Position numbers and translations under genes: made by a program. From positions 7,793 to 71,792 of the forward strand of contig DASTUE010000058.1 of assembly GCA_035759805.1 (NCBI GenBank): DNA of 64,000 nucleotides. Direction: 5' to 3'. Each line of letters opens with the position of its first letter. The first letter of the stretch is position 1. The notes below the pieces were generated by a model. That model did no database searches, was not told the origin of the DNA, and was given only the letters and a program-made list of their open reading frames with translations. This document shows, piece after piece, positions 55,701 through 62,797 of the stretch. This DNA is from Lysobacter sp. GTDB taxonomy: Bacteria > Pseudomonadota > Gammaproteobacteria > Xanthomonadales > Xanthomonadaceae.

Positions 55701-58700
55701 GACGCATCGCCGCGTGACGGACTGGAGCAGTCCATTGCCGATGCGATGGCGAAGGTGCTCGGACGCTCCAGGGTCGGTATCCATGAAGGATTCTTCGAAA
55801 TGGGCGGTCATTCGCTGTTGGCGGCGCAGTTGTGTGCGCGGTTGAGCCGTGAACTGGACATGGAAATCCCGTTGCGCAGCCTGTTCGACGCATCGACGGT
55901 GGCGGCGCTGGCGGAGCTGCTGCGTTCGCGCGAGAGCGCGCAGCCCGGTAAAGGCGCAATGGAAATCCCCCGTCGCGGGAACCAGACGACCGCGCCGATG
56001 ACGCTGATGCAACAGCGGCTTTGGGTGCTCGACCAGATGGAACCGGGAAGCGTCACCTGGAACACGCCCGCCGCCCACAGGTTGACCGGGGCGCTGGATC
56101 GGGTCGCGCTGGAAGCCGCCTTGCAGGAGATGGTGAGGCGCCAGGCCTCGCTACGCACCGGCTTCGTGGCCAGCGACGACGGCGACGAGGTGATGCAGCA
56201 GGTGCTCGAGACGATCAATGTCCCGTTGCTGCCGTTCGAGGATCTTTGCCCGCTCCCCATGGAAGAGCGCGAGCCGGCGCTGCGCACGCGTCTTGATGCA
56301 TTGATTGCGACGCCGTTCGAGCTGGATCGCGCGCCGCTGTTCCGCGCCGGCCTGTTCCGGCTGGCCGAGCAGGAGCATGTGCTGTTTTTCATGGTCCACC
56401 ACATCATCTGGGACGGCTGGTCGTTCGATCTGTTCTACGACGAAATGACCGCGCTTTACACCGCCTTCAGCACGGGTCGTCATTCGCCGTTGCCCGAGCT
56501 GGAGGTGAGCTACGGTGACTTCGCCGATTGGCATCGCCAGCGCCTGGCCGGCGAGGAGGTGGGCCGGCAGCTGGACTACTGGAAACGGCAACTCGAAGGC
56601 GCGCAGGAACCACTGGACCTGCCAGTGGACTTCGCCCGGCCGCCACAGATGTCGGGCCGGGGAAGTACCGAGTGGCTGAGCTTCGACCGCGACACTGCCG
56701 ATGGCTTGCGTGCGCTCGGCGCGCAGGCGGGCGGCACGCTTTTCATGAGCTTGCTTGCGGCCTATTGCGTGCTGCTTTCCCGCTTGACCGGGCAACGTGA
56801 ATTGACCATCGGCGTGCCGGTGCGGAATCGCGATTCAGCCGCATTGGAAGGGGTCATGGGGCTGTTCGTGAACATGCTTCCCCTGCGTTTTTCGGTGGAT
56901 CCGGAGCGGCCTTTCAGCGAGCTGGTGAGGCACGTGCGCGAACGTGTGCTCGAAGCGTTCTCGTACCCCGACGTGCCGTTCGAGCAACTGGTGCGCGAAC
57001 TGCACCTGCCGCGGGATCCGAGTCGCTCGCCGGTCTACCAGGCCATGTTCTCGTTCCAGGATGTCCGCCAGCGGCCAGGCAAGTGGGGGGAGCTGAAGCA
57101 CGAGCGCTTCCCGGTGTTCCAGCCGGGCGTGGCCCAGGACCTGGGCCTGTGGTTCGTGGAGACCCGGGACGGCCTGAGCGGCGGTCTGGCGTACAACACC
57201 GACATCTTTGCCGACGACACCGCGGTCCGGTTCCATCGGCGCTTTGCCGCGCTGCTCTCGTCCCTGCAGGCCCGGCCGGAGGTGGCCGTGGGCGACCTGG
57301 ACCTTTTCAGCCCGGAGGATCGCGCGTCGCTGGACGCGTGGAACCGGACGCAGGCGGAGCCGTCGGGTGTGTCGACCCTGCACGAACTTCTGCAGGCGCA
57401 GGCGCGACGGACGCCAGAGCGCGTTGCCGTGCGTTTCGGTGAGGCCACACTGAGCTACGCCGGACTGGACGCGCGCAGCAACCGCATCGCCCAGGTGTTG
57501 CGTGGCCGCGGGGTGCGGGCGGGCGATCTGGTCGGCATCTGCCTGGACCGGGGGCTGGACCTGGTGGCCGCGATGGTCGGCGTCCTCAAGGCCGGGGCCG
57601 GCTATGTGCCGCTTGACCCGGGGTATCCGCCGGCGCGCCTGCACTTCATCGCCGAGGATGCCGGCCTTGCGTTGATCGTGACCGAAGAGGAACCGGGCCG
57701 ATCCCTGGGCTGGCCGAGGGATCGACTGCTGTTGCTGGACGAGGAAGCCGACCGGATCGCGGCCGCACCGGCGCAGTCGCCTGCGGTCGAGGGCGTCGGC
57801 CCGGAATCGGTGGCGTACGTGATCTACACCTCGGGTTCGACCGGCCAACCCAAGGGCGTCTGCCTGCCGCATCGCGCGGTGCTGAACTTCCTTGCCAGCA
57901 TGGCGCGGGAGCCGGGGCTGGACGAACACGACCGCCTGCTGGCGGTGACGACGACCTCGTTCGACATCGCCGTGCTGGAGCTGTTCCTGCCGCTGGCGGT
58001 CGGCGCGCAGATCGTCATGGCGAGCCGTGAGCAGGCGCTGGACGGCCATCTGCTGGCGGAGTTGATGGCCGAAGCGAAACCCACGGTGATGCAGGCGACA
58101 CCCTCCACCTGGCGGATGCTGTTCGAGGCCGGCTGGCAAGGGGATGCCCGCTTGCGGGTGCTGGTCGGTGGCGAGCCGCTCGCGCCGGAACTCGCCGCCC
58201 GCCTGTGTGCCGGCTGCGCGGCCGTGTGGAACCTGTACGGCCCGACCGAGACCACGGTCTGGTCGACCTGCTGCCAAGTCATCCGGCCGCAGGACGGCAT
58301 CTCGATCGGCCGTCCGATCATGAACACGTCCGTCCACGTACGTGATGAGCGCGGAGGACTTTGCCCGGTGGGTGTGCCCGGAGAGATCTGGATCGGCGGT
58401 GCCGGTGTGGCGCTCGGTTATCACCGCCGGCCCGAACTGGATGCCGAACGTTTCATCGACGATCCGTATTCGTCGCAACCCGACGCGCGACTGTATCGCA
58501 CCGGCGACCGCGGGCGCTGGCGTGCGGACGGCACGCTCGAGCATCTGGGGCGTCTGGATTTCCAGGTCAAGATCCGCGGCCACCGGATCGAACTGGGGGA
58601 AATCGAGGCCCGGGCCGCGGCCGATCCTGCGGTTGTCGAGGCGATCGCCGTCGTGCGGGAGGACCGTCCCGACGACCTGCGGCTGGTGCTGTATCTGACC

Positions 58701-59198
58701 GCCCGGGCCGGCACGGAAATCGATCCGCTCGGCATGCGGGCGCGGCTGAAGACCGTGCTTCCCGATTACATGGTCCCGCAGCACCTGGTGGTGCTGGACG
58801 CCATGCCCCTGCTGCCGAACGGCAAGCTGGACCGCAAGGCACTTCCGGCGCCTGTCGCGCCGGTCGTGGCGCCGGTCATGGTCGTGGACGAAGCGCCGGA
58901 TGCACGGGTGGCCTACCTGATCCAGGTCTGGTCGGACCTGCTGGGGATCGAGGTGGGTTCCGAGGACAACTTCTTCGATCTGGGAGGGCACTCGATGCTG
59001 GCCGTGCAGATGGCCAACCGGGTCGCGCGCGACACCGGCACGAGGATCCGGCTCATCAGCCTGGCAACACAGGCGCTGTCGCAGGTGGCCGCCGACCTTC
59101 CCGATCCGGAAGCGCCAACGGAGCCGATAGCGCGGCGCTCGCTGGTGCACAACGTCATGCGGATGTTTGGCCTGGCCGGTGAGGCAGGCAAGCCATGA
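52707..59198 (+). CDS. Bimodular NRPS C-A-T-C-A-T, no thioesterase; both A domains predicted Gly
   Basis: C: HHIVCDG and HHIIWDG; A: YTSGSTG.PKG twice; T: GGHSL and GGHSM; protein ends shortly after the last T. Confidence 0.95.
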   Translation: MSTRYGAAQVAAIDYDPFASGQVVRVVPTTEPQREIWLADQLGTDASLAFNESVSLRLRGALDADALQEALRGLLDRHSALRTNLGPDGETQCVLDRVELTLDCIDLTGLSADQRNATVAERLRLAVETPFDLRHDRLFRAELMRLAPDEHLLVLTAHHIVCDGWSWWVLVQDLGALYASQRDRDAPPLPPVESFSDYALAEAGDAARTASADDEAYWLSRFADSVPVLELPTDRPRPSRRSFASRREDHVIDAELVAAVRHAGASRGVSMFATLLAALASLMSRLTGQSQVVVGIPAAGQAVDGHERLVGHCVNLLPLRFDLDPAQSFEQVLAEAQDTLLDAIEHQRYTFGTLLKTLKVERDPARLPLVSLMFNIDQALERETTGFPGLSMTFDSNPRSFENFEIFINAVHDHGTLRLECQYNTDLFDAATIRRWLAAYESLLRAAVANPAALAASLPLVDAEAYAKLEALQPEPVPYDRQRRMHEAFEAQCDRSPERVALEFAGRILTYAQLEERANRIAHLLRARGVKRGGLVGIALDRGTDMVAGVLGILKAGAGYVPLDPQFPAERLAYMAGDAGLAALLTQHAHAAKFDLRGRAVLMLDRLEDELAAMPTLRLGRDADAAGPESVAYVIYTSGSTGRPKGVQVPHRAVANFLVGMLETPGIQTEDRLLAVTTLSFDIAVLELMLPLCVGARVVLADRDTAMDGAALNRMLVSSGATLMQATPATWRLLLEAGWAGAPGFAILCGGEPLPADLASALLPRCGALWNLYGPTETTVWSTVARVRQAPGRPVPDIHIGRPIANTRIWILDERGGVCPRGVPGEICIGGDGVTLGYLDRPELTAERFVPDGFAGGSAATAAPLLYRTGDLGRWRPDGNLEHLGRLDFQVKVRGYRIELGEIESNLAGHLDVARAVVVAREDRPGDVRLVAYVVPRNGCNPESAALAAHLRRTLPDYMVPQHFVMLDAIPLMPNGKVDRKALPAPDAGNAGDAPRTEDASPRDGLEQSIADAMAKVLGRSRVGIHEGFFEMGGHSLLAAQLCARLSRELDMEIPLRSLFDASTVAALAELLRSRESAQPGKGAMEIPRRGNQTTAPMTLMQQRLWVLDQMEPGSVTWNTPAAHRLTGALDRVALEAALQEMVRRQASLRTGFVASDDGDEVMQQVLETINVPLLPFEDLCPLPMEEREPALRTRLDALIATPFELDRAPLFRAGLFRLAEQEHVLFFMVHHIIWDGWSFDLFYDEMTALYTAFSTGRHSPLPELEVSYGDFADWHRQRLAGEEVGRQLDYWKRQLEGAQEPLDLPVDFARPPQMSGRGSTEWLSFDRDTADGLRALGAQAGGTLFMSLLAAYCVLLSRLTGQRELTIGVPVRNRDSAALEGVMGLFVNMLPLRFSVDPERPFSELVRHVRERVLEAFSYPDVPFEQLVRELHLPRDPSRSPVYQAMFSFQDVRQRPGKWGELKHERFPVFQPGVAQDLGLWFVETRDGLSGGLAYNTDIFADDTAVRFHRRFAALLSSLQARPEVAVGDLDLFSPEDRASLDAWNRTQAEPSGVSTLHELLQAQARRTPERVAVRFGEATLSYAGLDARSNRIAQVLRGRGVRAGDLVGICLDRGLDLVAAMVGVLKAGAGYVPLDPGYPPARLHFIAEDAGLALIVTEEEPGRSLGWPRDRLLLLDEEADRIAAAPAQSPAVEGVGPESVAYVIYTSGSTGQPKGVCLPHRAVLNFLASMAREPGLDEHDRLLAVTTTSFDIAVLELFLPLAVGAQIVMASREQALDGHLLAELMAEAKPTVMQATPSTWRMLFEAGWQGDARLRVLVGGEPLAPELAARLCAGCAAVWNLYGPTETTVWSTCCQVIRPQDGISIGRPIMNTSVHVRDERGGLCPVGVPGEIWIGGAGVALGYHRRPELDAERFIDDPYSSQPDARLYRTGDRGRWRADGTLEHLGRLDFQVKIRGHRIELGEIEARAAADPAVVEAIAVVREDRPDDLRLVLYLTARAGTEIDPLGMRARLKTVLPDYMVPQHLVVLDAMPLLPNGKLDRKALPAPVAPVVAPVMVVDEAPDARVAYLIQVWSDLLGIEVGSEDNFFDLGGHSMLAVQMANRVARDTGTRIRLISLATQALSQVAADLPDPEAPTEPIARRSLVHNVMRMFGLAGEAGKP

Positions 59199-60061
59199 AC
59201 ATGGAGGCCGTGGCTGCGTTGCGCCCGAACCCGCAGCCTCCGTCGGCACCGGGCGCAGCATGGGAACCGTTCTGGCTGGGTCGCCACCCGCGGCGACTGT
59301 ATGGCGCGCTGCACCGGGCAGCGGCGTCGTCACTGGGACTGCTCGTGGTGGCGCCCTTGCTGCACGAACAGCAGCGGACCCGCAGGCTGGTGACCGAACT
59401 GGCCACGTCGTTGGCCGCCGAGGGGTTTCCCTGCCTGCGCTTCGATTTCTTCGGCAGCGGTGATTCGGAGGGAGGCGGCGATCAGCTCGACTTCGCCTCG
59501 ATGCGCGCGGATCTGCAGCAGGCCGTTGGGGAATTGCGTGCGAGAACCGGGGTGGCCCGGGTCGGGGTGCTGGCCATGCGTGGTGCGGCCTTGCCGGTCT
59601 GGTCCTGGTTGAGTGCGGGCGCGAACGGAGGCGCGGGCGAGGGCGCGCAGGTGGACCTGCTGGTGTTATGGGAGCCGCTGCTGGACGGCCCGGCCTGGCT
59701 TGCCCAGTTGGAGCAGCAGGATGCTGCCGAGCGGTGTTCGGCCAATCGATACCCGCTGGCACGCGGTGCCTGCGCGGTTGATGTCGACCAGCAGCTGATG
59801 GGGTTTCCGGCCTCGCGAAGATTACGGCGCGATATCGCCGAGGCGTCCCTGCCGGCGCCGGATCATGTTGGGTGGCCGTGCTGGGGTGTGCTGCGTGCGG
59901 ATGCGCGCGCGCTGCCTGTCAACGTCGACCGGGTATTCGAGATACCGCCGGACACCGCCTTCATTGGCGGCTCTGCAAGCATGGACACGACCATGTTCAT
60001 GAGCCCCGGCCTCCAGCGGGTCGTCAGCGACCTGGCCACCGCCTTGAGGGGGGAGGGATAA
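59195..60061 (+). CDS. Alpha/beta hydrolase-fold protein (resembles exosortase A-associated hydrolase 2)
   Basis: LRFDFFGSGDSEG, elbow VLAMRGAAL, LVLWEP, LMGF; ATGA-coupled to the NRPS. Confidence 0.75.
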   Translation: MNMEAVAALRPNPQPPSAPGAAWEPFWLGRHPRRLYGALHRAAASSLGLLVVAPLLHEQQRTRRLVTELATSLAAEGFPCLRFDFFGSGDSEGGGDQLDFASMRADLQQAVGELRARTGVARVGVLAMRGAALPVWSWLSAGANGGAGEGAQVDLLVLWEPLLDGPAWLAQLEQQDAAERCSANRYPLARGACAVDVDQQLMGFPASRRLRRDIAEASLPAPDHVGWPCWGVLRADARALPVNVDRVFEIPPDTAFIGGSASMDTTMFMSPGLQRVVSDLATALRGEG

Positions 60062-60065
60062 AGCC

Positions 60066-60899
60066 ATGGACGAAATCGTGCGGTTTGGACCCGGGCAGCA
60101 GCTGGTCGGAATCCTGAGCGGCGTCGTGTCGGCCACCGACGCTCCCGTCCTGGTGCTGCCGAGCGCGGGAGTGGTACCGCGCGCCGGACCGTTCCGCCTG
60201 CACGTCGAGTTGGCCCATCGGCTTTCCCCATACGGCGTACGGACGTTCCGGTTCGATGTCCCGGGAGTCGGTGAAGCGCCCCGTATCAAGGGCTGGGGAG
60301 CGCAGGAATCGACGCTTGCCGCGATCGACCACCTGGCCGGCAGCCACGGTGTCGGCCGCTTCATCGTCGGCGGCGTGTGCAGCGCGGCCGATGTCGCCTG
60401 GAACGCTGCAGCGGCCGATCGGAGGGTGAGGGGAGTCATGCTTCTGGATGGACTGGCCTGCACCGGGCCGTGGTTCCGCTTCGCCCTGGTCAGCGGCGTG
60501 TTGCGTCGCCCGGTGCGCGAATGGTTCGCCGTGGTGCGCAGGCTGCTGATGCGCCGGCGCTCCCATCAGCCGGTCCTGACCACCAGCGACTATCGCGACT
60601 GGCCATCGCGGGAGGACGCGCGGCGCCAGTTTGCGCAACTGGTGGCCGGGGACGTGCATTCACTCTGGGTCTATACCGGCGGCTTTGCCAGTGTGTTCCT
60701 GCATCCGCGCCAGTTCGGCTGGAGCTTTGGCGCGGCGGTTCGCGATCCACGGGTGACGATGCATTACTGGCCCGACTGCGACCACACCTTCTTTGCAAGG
60801 ACGCACCGGGACCGCCTGCTGGACACGGTGGTGGACTGGCTGGTCGGAACCTTCATGGCCGCTGTCGATACGCCGCAACCCCTGGCATCGCAGTCATGA
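60066..60899 (+). CDS. Alpha/beta hydrolase-fold protein (resembles exosortase A-associated hydrolase 1)
   Basis: LVGIL, RAGPFR, RFDVPGVGE, elbow GGVCSAAD, C-terminal DHTF. Confidence 0.75.
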   Translation: MDEIVRFGPGQQLVGILSGVVSATDAPVLVLPSAGVVPRAGPFRLHVELAHRLSPYGVRTFRFDVPGVGEAPRIKGWGAQESTLAAIDHLAGSHGVGRFIVGGVCSAADVAWNAAAADRRVRGVMLLDGLACTGPWFRFALVSGVLRRPVREWFAVVRRLLMRRRSHQPVLTTSDYRDWPSREDARRQFAQLVAGDVHSLWVYTGGFASVFLHPRQFGWSFGAAVRDPRVTMHYWPDCDHTFFARTHRDRLLDTVVDWLVGTFMAAVDTPQPLASQS

Positions 60900-62659
60900 G
60901 CCCCGATGGCCAGGTCCGGGTGCCGGAAGCGGAGGAGGCCAGGACCCCGCTCTATCCCCTGCCACCGGATAACGCACCGGTGCTGCGTGTCGTCATGGTG
61001 ATGCCGGCCAGGGTGCCCGCCTGGGTGAATCAACTGCTGTCCCTGTGCAGGACCGGCGCTGATGTGGAGCTGCTGGGCGTGGTGGCCGAAGGCATCCCGT
61101 TACCTGCCCGGACCGGTGTTCCGGCCGACCTGCGCGCACTGTTCCGCTACGAACGTAGCCGTCGAGCCGGGCACGGCTGGCAGTTCCAATCGGAGGAGGC
61201 TGACTGCGGGGACGGCGTCGAGACGGCGTCGGATCTTTTGCATCTGCACCGTCTGTTGGAGGAAGCCGCACCCGATCTGATCCTGCTGCTGGGGTCCGCG
61301 GACCTGGCCGGCACGCTGGCGGGCACATCCCGGCTTGGCTGCTGGTGGCTGGGTCCCGAGTTGCTGGATGAAGACGCCGCGGCCATGGCCCTGTGTCGTC
61401 CGATCCTGCGCGGCGTGCTGACAACCCAGATCGAACTGGAACTCGAACTGGAACTCGAGCTGGAGCTCGCGTCGGAACTCGCCCCGAGCGAAGACCGCAG
61501 CCTGGCGAAAAGCCGCACCGCCACCAGCCGGACCAGTGTCACCGGGCAATGCGAGCATGCGTTCCGCAAGATGCCTGCCTTGTTGCTGAGGGCGTTGCGG
61601 CGCCATGCACAGGGCCGGGGCGAACCGCTGCGACAACGGACGGCCCGGCTGGGTCTGAGGCGGGAGCCACCGCTTCCCGGCATCGGGGCTGTGGCATTCA
61701 CCCGGACCATGGTCGAGCGGGCCCGCTTGCGTTGGCTCAGGCTGTGGCAAACGCAGGAGGATCAATGGTTCGTGGTCCTGCGGGAGGGCAAGGCATTGCT
61801 GCGGCCCGAGCGGCCCGACATGCCGGAGGCGAAGGTGCTGCGACACGCGGCCGGACCCGGTGGACCGATCTGGGCCGATCCGTGCGCCGTGGTGGAAGGC
61901 GGACGTCGCCTGGTCTTCGTGGAGGAGTGGACGCCCGATGCGCCCCAGGGGCATCTGGCCTGTCTGGAAGTTCCAATAGCCGGTCCCGCCAGAAAGCTGG
62001 GGATCGTCCTCAAAAAGGACCATCACCTGTCTTTTCCACTGGTGTTCCCGTGGAAGGCCGAGTGGTTCATGACGGCCGAGTCGGGCCAGGCCCGCTGCGT
62101 GACGTTGTACCGGGCCACGGATTTTCCGCTGCATTGGGAGCCGGTGGCCGAGTTGCTGAGTGGATGGCTCTGTGTCGATCCGGTCCTGCACTTCCATGAC
62201 GACGGACGCTGGTACCTGTTCGTCACCGTCGCCGAGGCCAATGGCAACACCTGGGACGACCTGTTCCTGTTTGTCTCCGACAGCCTGCTGGGACCGTTCA
62301 TGCCTCATCCGGCCAATCCGATCGTCAGCGATGCGCGCAGCGGCCGCTCGGCCGGAAAACTCTTCCGGCACGAGGGGCGCCTGATTCGTCCGGCGCAGGA
62401 TTGCGCGCCCAGCTATGGTGCTGCGATCGTCTTCAACGAGATTGCCGAGCTCAGTCCGGACCGCTATCGCGAGTGCCCGCTGGGGCAGCTGGATGCCAGC
62501 TGGTCCAGGGGGCTGGATGGCTGTCATACCTACAGTGCCAGTGGCCCGTTCGAGGTGATCGATATCCGGGGGGAAGCGCCCGACCATCTGCCGTCGATGG
62601 TGGTGGAGTCGTCAGCGGTGATCGAGCCATCGACCCGCATGGTGTCCCAGCCCGGTTGA
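60896..62659 (+). CDS. Hypothetical protein: formyltransferase-like N-terminus plus a putative 5-bladed beta-propeller (GINT1_N/glycoside hydrolase-like) domain
   Basis: WADP, VFVEE, HHLSFPLVF, LYRATDFPLHWE, HPANPIVSD, RSAG, RPAQDC, HT motifs; ATGA-coupled. Confidence 0.65.
   Translation: MSPDGQVRVPEAEEARTPLYPLPPDNAPVLRVVMVMPARVPAWVNQLLSLCRTGADVELLGVVAEGIPLPARTGVPADLRALFRYERSRRAGHGWQFQSEEADCGDGVETASDLLHLHRLLEEAAPDLILLLGSADLAGTLAGTSRLGCWWLGPELLDEDAAAMALCRPILRGVLTTQIELELELELELELASELAPSEDRSLAKSRTATSRTSVTGQCEHAFRKMPALLLRALRRHAQGRGEPLRQRTARLGLRREPPLPGIGAVAFTRTMVERARLRWLRLWQTQEDQWFVVLREGKALLRPERPDMPEAKVLRHAAGPGGPIWADPCAVVEGGRRLVFVEEWTPDAPQGHLACLEVPIAGPARKLGIVLKKDHHLSFPLVFPWKAEWFMTAESGQARCVTLYRATDFPLHWEPVAELLSGWLCVDPVLHFHDDGRWYLFVTVAEANGNTWDDLFLFVSDSLLGPFMPHPANPIVSDARSGRSAGKLFRHEGRLIRPAQDCAPSYGAAIVFNEIAELSPDRYRECPLGQLDASWSRGLDGCHTYSASGPFEVIDIRGEAPDHLPSMVVESSAVIEPSTRMVSQPG
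61433..61468 (+). repeat. (Glu-Leu)6 coding repeat
   Basis: GAACTG GAACTC GAACTG GAACTC GAGCTG GAGCTC. Confidence 0.85.
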
Positions 62660-62731
62660 ACATTGGATCTCGGGCTGTGAGTGGGTGGGCTACGGGTGGC
62701 TGCGGTGAGTGGGCCGCGGCGGGAAGGCGGC

Positions 62732-62766
62732 AAAAAAAGCGGAGTGTCCGTTTCCGGACACTCCGC
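62732..62766 (-). terminator. Rho-independent terminator of the minus-strand gene
   Basis: Minus strand GCGGAGTGTCCG-GAAA-CGGACACTCCGC-TTTTTTT. Confidence 0.88.
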
Positions 62767-62797
62767 GGGAGCGATGCAGCAGATTGGAACGTTGCGG

